From Orbicella franksi (taxonomy: Eukaryota): 64,000 nucleotides of DNA. The stretch spans positions 26,908,001-26,972,000 of the forward strand of contig OZ116706.1 of NCBI GenBank assembly GCA_964199315.1. The letters are read 5' to 3'. Positions 35,701 to 47,929 of this stretch are shown here, piece after piece. How positions within the stretch are numbered: the stretch's first letter is position 1; every line of letters begins with the position of its first letter. Both the position numbers and the translations under genes were made by a program. The notes beneath the pieces are model-generated. The model saw only the letters and a program-made list of their open reading frames with translations, was not told the origin of the DNA and ran no database searches.

Positions 35701-38589
35701 GCAGCTTATTATTGCCATGACGACCACCGTAAATAAGTTTTTATTTAGCGTTGTTCGTGATTATTTCATCTCCAGCTAGAATTTACAGGACAACGTTGGT
35801 TGCATCTTTCAAGAAATATCTGCTTCTAAAAGTCTAATCTAGGTAAGGAAAATTTAATACTTCAGCAGCACATCAGTTATCTGGAATCTAGACTTTCCGC
35901 TTTAAAACATATCTTGGAATTGTACGCAATGTTTTCTAGCATTGAATTTTATCTTTGTTTAGATTCGTTCTCAGTTAGTTGTTTCAGTAACGAACTAAAC
36001 TGTTTGGCAGAAGTTGATTCCGATAGCATGTTTTGCATTTTATTCGACGGTAATATCATTCCTTAAATCTCATGTTAGGTCTTTTATTTATTGCTGGCTA
36101 AGAATAAACTTCAACGGCAATTTTTTAGCGAGCTGCAATATTGTTAACAGGTGGTATTTAAACTGTCACATTCGGTGTTATCTGAAGACAACAATTGTAG
36201 CCGCTATTCTACGGAGGAGAAAAACCCACAAAGAAAAACATTGACGTTTGTAAAGGATACACTGTCTCCTATTCAAAGAAGCTTAAAACTGAGTTTATGG
36301 TGAAAAGATAAGCAAAGACAAACGACAGGAACCTGTTTGGACGTGAGTACAGCTAAAAATGACAACGGAGAAAGGAAATGGATTTTAATGTCGACCTGAT
36401 GCTCAGGGATTCGTTAAAAGGTTTACAAACCTCTGCACGGAATTCCGTAAATAATTACTTTCTGTAGTTAATTTTGTAGACTCTGACGTAGTGCTGGTTT
36501 TATTCAGGTTTTCTAACATAATTTGAAAGATTTCACCGTAGCTATCATTTTACTAACAGTCACAAATTTTGAACCGAAATACGCAGAGGCAATACGCAGG
36601 TCTTTATCCAACATTAAAGTGAAATTCTTATGTAGGTGTAAGGAAGGAAAATTATTTTTCGAAAACGGTAGAAAAAAAAAATAACTGTAAAAAACCACAC
36701 TGCATAGAAACAAAAACTGTCGGGCGAATAAAGAGAAAAATTGACATTATTTTTGATGTTCCCGTTAAGTATTTCGTTTTAGTTTCACCCTCGTTGATAA
36801 CAAATCTCTCTGGCGTGAAACATTGATCTTTGCATTCAATATGATTCGATGATTTAAAAACAGTCAACGCAAAAAGACACCTTATGACATCTCTTAGAAA
36901 TTTTTCTCTATTTGTGGAGTGAAAATCAATTTACCCAGAGCGGGCGGATTTAATGTAGACGGCTATTTCAACACTAGTTTACTCAGACATCGCCTTAAGC
37001 GTTTTATTTAATAATCTGTCTATTGTTTCAGAGCTTTTGTTTCTAATAAACAAAAGCTTAAACGGAACCTAAAATTATGCCACTGATTATCAGTAGCAAT
37101 CAACACAACTCTTATAACTCAGCACGTCTTTGCCGCGCTAAAACATCAAGTTTTTGTGCCATGTCCGTGGATGTCGAATTGTGGCGAGAAGAGTTAGATT
37201 TTCCTGCAACAGCTTTACTGCGTGAGTACATATACTTTCTTTCATTCAGGAAATTGTTCAGGACTCGAAAATCTTTGTTCGCCAAGAAGTCAGATAAACA
37301 AACGTGTGAAACCATTTAACGTTTGATAGCTTCATCTGTACCTATTACTCTTACATTGCAGAGAATTTGTACAATTTGCTGGGATTTGGGGCGTAAGGTC
37401 GCCAATAGTGCTATTGTCTGTCTCAAAATGATAGCATTCTCAATGTCCAATTTGTATTTTATTTTTAAAGTGGCTTTACTATACACATTGATGTCTTTTA
37501 TTGCACGGGTTTACAGTCCAGATATAGCCGGATTTTCGAAGGGTCCAGGGGCTATTTTGTAAATTGTTTATCACCTGCTATTATACAAACGGTGCGCCTC
37601 AATCAAGAAATGCAAACAGCTAAAGAGGTGCTACAAAGAACGAAATATCTAACTTTTACTGCGTGTGCAATGGACAATTAGATACCAAAATATTTCTCCA
37701 TGTCTGGCATGAACAGTTTATACAAATAAAGCTTGTCGCTGGCTTTTTCCGTTTTGACAATTTTACCCAGAAATCTGCCCTATTCCAAAAACGATTTCAA
37801 CATTTGAGAATCTCCTGGTAGTTACATGCAATTGTGCGGTTATTCCTTGTATCAAACAAATTTACGCTTGATTTTCCCACTGAAGTATAAAACCAACATA
37901 ATTCAGATTCGAAAAGTTATGCAAATGTTACACGATGAATGCCTCCGGTCTATTGTTTTGAGCCTAAGTTTTGAAGTGTTTTGCAAAACCTGTTCTGAGC
38001 TATATGCAAAGTATCTAAAGCAAAGCAATTAAGCCAAGTTTACGAAGGTTAAATTGCGAAAGCGAAACACTGTTAAGAATGGGTACAATCTGGTCATCGT
38101 ACATTCTTTCCATCTATGTAGCGTGTTAATTTTTCATTTTTGAGCGACGTTTCGTGAAAAATGACCTGATTTTACATGCAGGCTCACTCTGATATAACTT
38201 ATATAAATCAATTCAATTTATTTTCTGCTACCAACATTTTCACATCGTTTCAATAAGACAAGTTCGATTCATTTCAAAGTCCAACCTCAATCATTGCTGA
38301 AAATGACTTGTAAAGTATTGTCTGCCAGTTAATTTTCATGTATTTTACACTTACTTAAAAGAGGAAACAGGACTATGATATATTTCTGGTTGAACTAAGC
38401 TTCTTATAAAGGGAAAGCGACAAATTTAAAGTAACAACGTCGTTTTTACGATATTGAATTCTCTGATCATTCCAAATTCCCTACTCTTTCTCGTCCTTTG
38501 AGGCTAATTTTATGTTTTTTTGTTTTTTGCACGTTCCAGGCTGATGAAACAACATACAAAGCTGACAATTTCTTTCACGTAAGGACGAG

Positions 38590-39666
38590 ATGTCATGCAG
38601 ATCAAGGACATTGTTAAGAGAAGTGATTGACTCAAATCACAGAAAACTAAACAGAATTTCGTGTTTTGCACCGCCGAAGTCAAACACTTTAAAACACCTC
38701 CAAAACGAATTCAGAAAAACAATCCCGCGTCCGCGATATGCATTCGTCACCTTGGTGATGTGCGGAGATGAGTATATTAAGGGGGCACTGACCCTCGCAT
38801 GGTCTCTGAGGCAACAGAAAACTCAACACGAATTGATTGTCATGGTAACACCTGACGTCAGCGTTCCCGCAATGAAGCTACTGCGCAAGCTCTACGACCG
38901 CGTGATAAAGGTGCAATACATCAAAACGAGGGTGAAAAGCGCATTGCGAGGGAAAAAGTACCGCAAAGAGGATACTTGGATTGAATACAGCTTATCAAAG
39001 GCGCGCATGTTGAAACTCACAGAGTACGACAAGATCATTTGGTTGGACGCGGATTCGCTGGTTCTTAACAACATTGACGAACTCTTTGAGCTTCAAACTC
39101 CGGCTGGCGTTTGTTCAAGCATCCGAAATCACGACTATTGGCACGGGTCGAAAATACCCGAACTCGAAATAGAAAATTCCGTCGAAAACAATTACGGTGT
39201 GCACGGCTGTACCATGGTTCTTACGCCTAACCTAGATCACTATCTGCTAGCGAGTTCGCTTCCTCAAATAGGAACAACAGCGAACTTTGTTGGACCCGAT
39301 GAATACTTCTTTACACAGCTGTACAAAACTGAATGGCATCATATTCACGTCAAGTATGCCTGCACGAAATGGTTCTACGAAATGAGGGATGTAAAACCCG
39401 AGGTGATTCATTTCTCTGGGGACAAGCCGTGGGAGGACGAGGAAGACTGGGAAGGAATACGCAGGTGGAGAGAGGCAACGGAGGGCATGGTTCGAGTCTG
39501 CCCGAAAATGTCGGATTTATTCGTCACACGAAGTCGGTCGAGTTCTCAACGAAGTCAGGACGAAGACAAGTCTTCGGAAAGTAGCAAAGTCTCGTTTAGG
39601 ACTCAAAGTTCTGAACTAACATTGAAGTTAAATGGCCTCCACAGTTTCCAAGAAACCCTTGAATAA
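38590..39666 (+). CDS. Glycosyltransferase family 8 protein (glycogenin / baculovirus P13-like), 358 aa, intronless CDS
   Basis: YAFVTLVM.GDEY..GALTLA.SL, KLTEYDKIIWLDAD (DXD at 39046..39054), NIDELF, IHFSGDKPW; no signal peptide or TM helix. Confidence 0.88.
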   Translation: MSCRSRTLLREVIDSNHRKLNRISCFAPPKSNTLKHLQNEFRKTIPRPRYAFVTLVMCGDEYIKGALTLAWSLRQQKTQHELIVMVTPDVSVPAMKLLRKLYDRVIKVQYIKTRVKSALRGKKYRKEDTWIEYSLSKARMLKLTEYDKIIWLDADSLVLNNIDELFELQTPAGVCSSIRNHDYWHGSKIPELEIENSVENNYGVHGCTMVLTPNLDHYLLASSLPQIGTTANFVGPDEYFFTQLYKTEWHHIHVKYACTKWFYEMRDVKPEVIHFSGDKPWEDEEDWEGIRRWREATEGMVRVCPKMSDLFVTRSRSSSQRSQDEDKSSESSKVSFRTQSSELTLKLNGLHSFQETLE

Positions 39667-40499
39667 ATACGGTATATTTACAAATATAACAATTACAGTT
39701 GGGTCTCCTAAGGTCTGGGTTTAAAAGTTAATTAAAATCTCGTTACACTGAAAAATTCTCGAACAAGAGCTATGTTTGATACCGGAAATGCTAGTTTCAA
39801 CTGAATGCTTTACTTTAACTCTGTAGCCTTATTTTAGAGATTTCACACCCAGTCAAGTAGACGGGGAGAGGGGGTGCAAGAGGGAAGGGATGGGAGGAAG
39901 ACAACTGCAACGCTTTACTCCACTTTCCATGACTACTCTCCCTGGATGGGACGTTAGTCTATCAAAGGCTATCTCCCCCCCCCCCCCCTGCAATCAGCAT
40001 TTTTCTGAATTTGTTTGAAGAATTAAACTTTTAATATTCAACAATCTTCTTGTGAACATTTTCAACTACATAAATATATTCTGACAGCTTAAACGATATA
40101 GCAATTAATTTACTAATGGTTGAAGAAATATGTTATTTCGACAACTATGCTTGAAATGTAACAGGTGATAGCTCTTAGTTTAATTTTCTGTTAGTTCGTT
40201 TCGTCTGTAGTTAAAATATCATTGACGTAAGGAGACAACACATAAGCCATGAAGACGATATTTTAACTTTGCTCGAATACCATGTTAGTATGGCATTCTC
40301 CAGTTTTATAAGTTACTCTTTAATACGCTTTCTCTTAATAAACCTGTTTCTTTTTGTATTTGTAAATACGCAGAATTAAGTTTTTCAACAAGCAAACGCA
40401 GCTAAGAAAAACAAAACCCGTCACGTGCGATTTGCTTCCAAATATGGAGTTAAATACAGCCAATCAAAGGGCAGACATGAAAGCACGTGATCAGCCCAA

Positions 40500-40595
40500 T
40501 CAGATGCGTGTTAACTGGTGCCAGATGTGAGCAGGAAAGAAGTCTTCAAGCTTCTGAATGATAAGGTTTAGCGGTGTGGAAATCCAGCTCAAACA
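40500..40595 (-). CDS. ST7: ST7 terminal exon 18
   Basis: [31 protein letters not shown]; the WHQLTRI end is identical to the human ST7 isoform-b-type C-terminus. Confidence 0.92.
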   Translation of the reverse strand, partial: CLSWISTPLNLIIQKLEDFFPAHIWHQLTRI

Positions 40596-40785
40596 CTGTA
40601 ACATTAAACAAAGGCAAAAATTACCATACAAAACATCACGTTAGCAATGTGCAAGAAAAATTCAGAAAAATGCACAAAAATGCACAAAAATGCACATTCT
40701 AAAATGCAAAACTTTGTTGACAGTGTCAGCAATTTCGGGAAGTATTTCCTGGGCACAATCTACGAATAAAGCAGAAGACTCGAAC

Positions 40786-41243
40786 TAGAGCGGTTTTCTC
40801 TTGAGGGTCGAAAAGTAATTGGTTTCGCACTTTCTATGCTACACGATTGGCTTAAAAAACTCGCGCCACTGTTTCATCCAATCAGAAGTAAAACAAAAAC
40901 TAATAGCCCATTTCCGAGTTGCCTTTTGCCTCTGTGTCAAAACGACACTTCGGGCGAAACCATTCATATGAAAATGAGATCCGCCTGCAGGTTCATTGTC
41001 TCGTAAATCTAACTCATTTTCATATGAAAGATCTTGCACAAAAACTCGTTTTGAAACAGAGGTACTAGGTAACTCGGAAATGACCTATTGTGACGCGTTC
41101 ACACACATTTTCCCGCGCTTGGCGTCAGCTTCATGTTATTGCTACAAAGTTTGATTGGTTCATTGTATTGTCTGTGTCCTTTGTGATTGGCTAAAGTGAA
41201 TACCTTGATTTTGATTTTACAACACTCAATTGAAAACAGGTCT
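40786..41243. mobile_element. MITE family C, copy 2, interrupted by a nested element
   Basis: TIRs tagagcggttttc ... tcaattgaaaacaggtct; both halves match 26097..26381 in reverse orientation. Confidence 0.65.
40902..41089. mobile_element. Nested MITE inserted in family C element
   Basis: TIRs aatagcccatttccgagttgcct ... aggtaactcggaaatgacctatt; absent from the homologous copy at 26097..26381. Confidence 0.65.
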
Positions 41244-41293
41244 GACTAAACAAAACTAACTGAAAGGTTCGTTTGAGCAGACTTGCTACTTAC

Positions 41294-41433
41294 AGTTTTG
41301 GCCGCGTTAGCCATAGGTTCAGGGAACTGGTGCGTAAGAAGAGCCAGCATTGCAGTGAAGGAGCACAGGGCAGCAGTAAACAGAATGAAGAAAGGAAGCT
41401 CTTTTTTGGGGTAAATGGAGAGTTCATGATGAC
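41294..41433 (-). CDS. ST7: ST7 exon 17
   Basis: [47 protein letters not shown]; donor gtaagt, phase 0. Confidence 0.93.
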
Positions 41434-42083
41434 CTGAAAGATTACAAATGAAAAATGTGACATTCTTCAACTTAGGATTTTCCTAGCATTTGAGCATAAG
41501 CGCTTACCACGGCTGTATATATGGGTTAATAACGTATTTGTCTAACACGTGTTATCAGTTTGCATTTATTTTTGCAACCGGAAAAAATGTATTTACAGAC
41601 CCTCACGTAGCACATATCACATTTTAAAACAATTTTTCCTCACACTATTTGACCATGGCTTCTCTAGCGTGGTTTCATGGCTCAGTTGGTAAAGCTTTGC
41701 ACTTGCGATGTTCTCTTGAAATTGTTTATTAATTGCAAACAATTGCGAAGGTCCTTTCTCCAATTTGCGCACAGAAAATTTCATTCACATTCTTTATACA
41801 CATCTTAAAGCCTTGTACAGAGGCAGCAAAAACTGATATACAATACAGCCGCCTTAAGATGGCGGTCAATGAAGCGAACTGCATGCAAAGCACAAAAATA
41901 GACCATTTTTGTATTCTCGGTCTTGGACTGGAACTAGCTTGCAACTGAGGCTAATGCAGGGAGTCTCTCCTAATGCAAATGACATCAATCTCCGCTTTTT
42001 AATGATCTGCCCCCGCAGGAGCCTCCATTGCAAGCTAGTTCCAGTCCAAAACTGAGAATACGAATATGGTCTGTTGTTCTTAC

Positions 42084-42176
42084 CTGGCAGAAGTTCTCTG
42101 TCAGCGTTCTCAGTGCATGCTGGGTAAGGATGAAACAAATGCCCCTTCTCCAGGGGGTAGGGGACGAGACGAAATG
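42084..42176 (-). CDS. ST7: ST7 exon 16
   Basis: [31 protein letters not shown]; phase 1. Confidence 0.94.
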
Positions 42177-42469
42177 CTGTAAACAGACACAAAATAAGCG
42201 TTAGGCGCTTGTTCAGTTTTTCCTCAGGGTCACCCATTTGGGGGTACCCGGAGGTATTAACACTGAGGATGACCCAGTTTTATAGCCGAGGGTCGAATTT
42301 TGCCATTCGTCTGCACGAGTTGGTAATTTCAAAGGAACAAAGAGAAACTAGCAAACGAGCGAAAAGAAAAAGTTTCGCCGTCCTCAAGTTTCAAATGTCG
42401 GTATCAAATGAAGTAAGAAGAAACAAACTTGAAAAAACAAAACAAAACGAGCAAAAAAAGCGTCCATAC

Positions 42470-42620
42470 TTCCTTCCCATGTACAGTGTAGTAAGTTCAG
42501 AGCACCTTCCACCCTTTTCCAGTGAGGTAAATGAAAAAACGCGTAAGCTATCGCTTCGCTGTCTCCTCGTTTTAAAATATGCTCTGGAGGTAGAATCAGA
42601 CTCTTCTGCTCCAGAAGATA
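42470..42620 (-). CDS. ST7: ST7 exon 15
   Basis: [50 protein letters not shown]; phase 1. Confidence 0.94.
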
Positions 42621-42993
42621 CTAAAAGAAAAAAAGATATCTTGACACTGTGGCATGGAACAAACCGCAAACAGTAGTTGAAACATTGGCACGTCCAGTTG
42701 ATTGGCATTCTACATCTCCACCTCCTAGCTAAACTCTTTTCTGATTCGCCTAGCATTGTGGAAACCAACAAAACGACGTCGCAAATTGATTGAACATTTT
42801 TAACAACAACTAAAAAAAATGAAACTTCCTCTCCTATCTTTGGCTAACTTTTAATTGTCAATACATGAATCAACTAGTCTACATTGCATATTCATTTGGC
42901 TTGTCCGTTGTGTGTGCATCATCTCTGTCTAAAAGGCTACAATGTAACAGATAGTACGCGATCATAAATTTGATGGCTTTTAAAAGTTCTTAC

Positions 42994-43096
42994 TTTAGGA
43001 ACATGAGGATTAAACTCCACTGCTCTATGTATGGCTTCCACAGCCGCCATCTCAGTAGGACTTAGTCCTCTTTTTGCTGCGATCTCAGGAGAGAAT
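42994..43096 (-). CDS. ST7: ST7 exon 14
   Basis: [34 protein letters not shown]; phase 0. Confidence 0.93.
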
Positions 43097-43332
43097 CTGC
43101 AGAACAAAACAAAGTATTTGAAAATTGAAGTTCAACACAGTTCTTGGACGGGGATGTTATAAGGAAGTTAAAAGAACTTGGCCTTCAAACTCATATGATA
43201 GTTGCACCTTGGCACGGTTTTCTTTTGAGATACCCTCAATTTATTTTACATTTTCTGACCACTCTCTGCCCATTAAAAAAAACTTTTCATTTACTAAATA
43301 ATGCAGTTAAAGCAGCAAAATTCTTTGCTTAC

Positions 43333-43405
43333 TTGTCGCAGACTGCTCTCGCTTTGAGAAGAGCAGCTGAGTAACATATAGTGGCTGACTTTGGAAGACT
43401 TATAT
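43333..43405 (-). CDS. ST7: ST7 exon 13
   Basis: [25 protein letters not shown]; phase 2. Confidence 0.93.
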
Positions 43406-43501
43406 CTGAGGAGGGAAAGACACGATTAATCTTTTCAGCCAATGCATATATACAATGGAATTAGCAAAAACCAAAGTCATATTTTTTAGTTCCATTCTTA
43501 C

Positions 43502-43523
43502 CATCATATTTGGCTAGAACTTG
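43502..43523 (-). CDS. ST7: ST7 exon 12 (22-nt microexon)
   Basis: QVLAKYD+G between cag and gtaag; required to restore phase and matches human AVLAKYDD. Confidence 0.88.
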
Positions 43524-43645
43524 CTGTTACAGGAAATAATAAAGAAAAAAATCCAAATCAGTCAGTTTTAACGTAAGTTATAATATCTGCTAACCAAATA
43601 AATGGAATTAATAACTCTTAAAAATTAACAGCTTGTGTTAAATAC

Positions 43646-43738
43646 CTGCACTTCTGAGTAAGCTTGTATTTCAAGTAAAGCCTCGAGAAGATTTTCATGG
43701 ATGTTAAGAACACTCATGAGAGGAAATTCTTTCATAAG
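43646..43738 (-). CDS. ST7: ST7 exon 11
   Basis: [31 protein letters not shown]; phase 0. Confidence 0.93.
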
Positions 43739-43912
43739 CTGAGAACAAAAATAACATACTTACAAACTAAAAAAAGAGATCTGGGGGATCCTGGTACATG
43801 TATGGTATGGTAAGGTTAGTCCTGAACTGACAGGAGGGTGGGGGGGGGGGGGGGGGTGGTGTGTATGTATTTCTATTAAACTACAGCTATAAACTTGAGA
43901 ATGTAAACGTAC

Positions 43913-44010
43913 ATCTCTCATCATTTTAATGGCTTCTTTGACTCGTCCAAGCTTTCTTGCACACATGGCTAGCCTGCGTCTTATATAAACACACACATTG
44001 GTGTCTCTTC
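43913..44010 (-). CDS. ST7: ST7 exon 10
   Basis: [33 protein letters not shown]; phase 0. Confidence 0.93.
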
Positions 44011-44586
44011 CTGAAAGAGTAAAGAGTGTTAAGGAAAGATTGGTGAAAAGGTGACATTTAATGTTTTTTTTTTTCTTTCATCTTCCAGCAGTAAACTTTT
44101 CTGATACCACTGAACTTAAGCATGTGATGAAAAAAGTTTTGAGCCATTTTAGCAATGCTCTCTTTTTTGATAAGACTACGACATGGTACCACAGACATAA
44201 CTTTTTAAAATTTCCTGACTTTTTCTTGATAAAAATGAAATTTCCCTGACCAAATTAACACAAAATGTCAGACATAGTAGTGGCTTCTGGCCTCAACTTA
44301 CCACCGTCCTTTCCATTCGCTCATTAAGATATATTTAACATATTTTCCTTCTTCATTAAGGAAAAACATTGTTGAGATCACAGTTATCCCAAATGTTTCT
44401 TCCAGCCTTCAGTGGTACTAAATCAGCCGTGTTAAATTAATTCAATTTTCCCTGACTCAAAATAAAATTCTCAGACTTTCCCTAACCTTGAAGAATTTTT
44501 TCCCTGACCATTTTCTGACCTGTGGCAACCCCACTAAGAACATTTTTATTTTCAATTCTTTGTCAAGTGATTTGCTTGTCACTTAC

Positions 44587-44683
44587 TGTGTAAGGCTTCC
44601 TCTTTTGTGTCAGGGTTTACAGACGTACTGTTTCTTAGCAAGGCTTCACTGGCCTTTAATGCTTGTTTGAATAACTTTTCAGC
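44587..44683 (-). CDS. ST7: ST7 exon 9
   Basis: AEKLFKQALKASEALLRN...EEALH; donor gtaagt, phase 1. Confidence 0.9.
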
Positions 44684-44932
44684 CTGAAAAATACAATCAT
44701 GTGCAGTTCATGACATAATCATAAAACATTTGGTGACTTAAAACTTAAAATGAGATTTTCATAGCGAGTCAGTGCACATTGTTTAATTCACTGAATTCTT
44801 CCCTTGAAATACATCAGACTTTTTCATCACAATTTTCTTAAGTCTTCTTTAACTAAAAATCACTGAAAACCCTAAATCACTATTGGGGTTGACCTGAAAT
44901 AGCCGTTCTTCGTAACATTTGGTCATTCTCAC

Positions 44933-44987
44933 CTCTAAAATGGTTTGTGCCTCCTCCTCTGCTAATAAAATAAGTGCTGTAGGACAA
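44933..44987 (-). CDS. ST7: ST7 exon 8
   Basis: CPTALILLAEEEAQTILE; phase 0. Confidence 0.92.
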
Positions 44988-45285
44988 CTGCAACAAATCA
45001 AATTATAATTACAGCACTTAACAGAGAAACTACAATACATTGTATTTTTACTCAGTGCGTGCTAAATTAGCCAAGAGCAAAAGGCTTTTTCCTTTTATTC
45101 TGCAGTTAACTCTTCAAAGCAATTTTGTCTAAATTATCACAAGCGGCAAGGTGAATCATGACACACATGCATGATGCTGTCTTGATCCCTTCTATGCCAT
45201 CCTGGGAGTCAAATGATGAACTTTATCAGTGAGAATATATCTATTACTATAGACAGAAAAACAGTTTTTCTACATGAAAACATAC

Positions 45286-45364
45286 CTAGAATTATGTTCT
45301 AAAGCTTGATGAGCTGTCTTGATTCTCTTCTCTTGATCTCTTTCTCGCCACGCTCTTAACATTA
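45286..45364 (-). CDS. ST7: ST7 exon 7
   Basis: LMLRAWRERDQEKRIKTAHQALEHNS; phase 2. Confidence 0.9.
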
Positions 45365-46021
45365 CTACAACAAAACACAAGTAAATGCTGTAAAATCTTA
45401 TCACATAGGATAGTTAAGAAAAGGATGATTCTTCAAGGCAAAGACAGCAAATACTGTAAGTACTTACATGCATTTCCCTAACAATGAAAATCAAGCTGAG
45501 AACTCTTAAGAGAATGATATACATGTGTATTGCTTTTTACATTGTTTGGGCAATAATCACATCTTTAACTTGAAATATTCTTTCATGACAGTTCTTTTTC
45601 AGAATTGAAAAAGAAAACAGCAACAACATTTTATAAAAAATAAATTGTAAATTAAAGTGAATCGATAATAAGGAAATTAAAGCAAATCTATTATTTTTAG
45701 AGTGTCGTCAAGTGGCACTTTCATACACTTCTATAGTGATGGAATGATCTGATCTGTTCAAAGAGTATACAACTGTAAATTCATAAAAGTAGACAGTCTT
45801 TTTTCGAGACTTAACTTGCAAAATAATCAGTGGGTATGCTAAATTATAACTGCAGTAAAGTTGCTTAATTTTCAAAAAGGTAAACTGATCTAAGAAGCAT
45901 AGAAGTGTTTGTTCATCAAGCAATGTTCTGGGCTGATTTGTTCCCAGCCTGCACACCTGCATCATGACTTCAAGTCATATTGCCCTGTCATACAGTCAAT
46001 AAGTCCTTAAATAATACTCAC

Positions 46022-46073
46022 ACTCATCAGACGGCTCTGCACTTTCAGCATCAGCATCACAAGTAAAGAATGT
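46022..46073 (-). CDS. ST7: ST7 exon 6
   Basis: TFFTCDADAESAEPSDE; donor gtgagt, phase 1. Confidence 0.9.
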
Positions 46074-47289
46074 CTGTTACAAAAAGAGTTACTTGTAAAA
46101 ATAATAATTATCATATATGTATTAATTCAAGGGCTACACAAAACCCCCTCAATTCTAGCTTGCCCTTTGGACAAGCAGTTCTCACATTTTGCTTGCCCTG
46201 GTCAAGCCTTAGGTTTTTTTTTTATTAGCTGGCAAACAAATTGCCTGGGCGCTTGCCCCTTGGGCAAGTGAGTGAGAATGGATAGTAGTTTGCCCGGGAG
46301 GGAAATTTACTTGCCGTGAACGAATGGACAGCACTTTTTGCAGCACTTTTTTAAAATCAATTCCTTGAGAAATCTGACAATAAAGTAATTGAATTAAAAG
46401 GCAAGCTTGAAATTTTTGATTTCTTCAATGCAGTGCAGTTAAATATCTAAGGAAACATGAGGACATGTTAACAATGTAAATTATATCGCCTTCTGGAAAC
46501 ATGGCAGGAAATTTGGGACTGTTAAAATGGTTGTGTCTACAAAGATGATGGAATTCCCGCAGACTTTAATGTAAGAGTGAAAACTCAGTAGTAGGTGACA
46601 ATAACTACTGTAGTCTACAAGTTAAAATACTGTGAAATGTTAGAAAAGTAAAAATATAATCAGACTTTGGCCAACTGGTATTTCTGGGGGATTTTCCATT
46701 CAGCCAAAACTCTGTGTTCTACCATTAGAGCACTCTTGTTAAAAAACCATGTTAGTTCAGAGGGCCAATAACTAAAATCAAGCAATCAGATTGCTCCATT
46801 GCCAGTCCAATATTCTCTCAGTTTTGGACTTAGTACTGTCTGGGGACCGAAGGATTTTTTGGTTGCTTTATAAATTATAGCTTTTGCCTGTGGAAGAACT
46901 TGCTTTAAACAGAAAAGATTCCTTATCTTTTTCTTCCAACTCTCTTTCCCTTTGGGTTTGTTTAACTTCAGACATGAGTCTACACCTAGTTGGTTCCCAA
47001 TCAGAATTGTGCCGTTTTTTCCAGTCCATGATTGTGGCATTCTTTCCAAACATTTTCAGCTGTGTAATAAATCTTTTATTAACCAAGCTTGCTCCCGCCA
47101 CACTGGGAGAATATCTGCCCTCAGTCCTTTCCGTATGGACCTTGCTGCGCTCAGCTTATACTGTCAAGACCTTGGGCCAGCATTCACCCAGTGCGGCCCT
47201 TCCTCTTGGTTAATAACTTAGTAGTATGTAGTTTAGGCACACACATCTTAAAAATATGGTTAAACAGGAACATTACTGCGAAACATTAC

Positions 47290-47359
47290 CTGATGATCTT
47301 GAGCAGATAAATTCATGTCATAATAAGTCAACGGTTCTTTTCCGGTCACCCAGTAATAT
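47290..47359 (-). CDS. ST7: ST7 exon 5
   Basis: [23 protein letters not shown]; phase 0. Confidence 0.93.
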
Positions 47360-47465
47360 CTGGCAAAAGCAAAATTGTATATTAAAATGTATGCCTGCAA
47401 CAGGAAAAACAAGGAACTACAGGTTGAGTTAAAAACAAAACACTTATCAAAGAAGGCATTGTTAC

Positions 47466-47520
47466 CTATTATATTCTGCACCTCGGAAAAGATTTCCAGG
47501 ATTTCTCCAAACTTTACACT
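47466..47520 (-). CDS. ST7: ST7 exon 4
   Basis: [19 protein letters not shown]; phase 2. Confidence 0.93.
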
Positions 47521-47929
47521 CTTAAAACAGAGATCAAGACAGTTTGTCAATAACAAGCACAGTAGAATAATATTCAATTGAGTGGCTGGATGCTTAAAAA
47601 AGTTTTTGAAAGCCCAAGAGAGGGTCCTTACTGGACACAACGGGCATATTTGAGACAGCACACAATATTGTTTTTTTGACCTTGACACCTCTGCAGTACC
47701 TACATGTAAGCTAAAAGCTATGAACTTAGTTTAATCTGACTCTCATTGGGAGTTACATTTAACTCTAAACTAACAAAACAAATTGTTCTCAACTCAAAAA
47801 CTAAACTAGGACTTAGCTAAATGTGAAACACTGGATACCGACACTGGAAAAAGGAAGCATTTTGTATAGTCTGTTTATCTGAATAGGATAGAGACACTTG
47901 CTAAAATTTGTAAGTCTAAAAAGGTCATA

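Noticed and set aside
37077-37562. Short ORFs on both strands that look like a decayed coding fragment
   Set aside because: Interrupted by stops, no recognisable domain and no convincing splice pattern; possibly an old transposon remnant but not supportable.
38590-39666. Idea that the GT8 is a LARGE-like enzyme glycosylating the neighbouring dystroglycans (functional cluster)
   Set aside because: LARGE has a GT8 domain, but it is a Golgi type-II membrane protein with an additional GT49 domain. This protein has no signal anchor and belongs to the glycogenin/P13-like branch, so it is probably cytosolic; the adjacency alone is not evidence.
41668-41712. tRNA-like sequence (tggctcagttggtaaagc)
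   Set aside because: Only an A-box/D-arm half with no T-arm or acceptor stem; a truncated SINE head.
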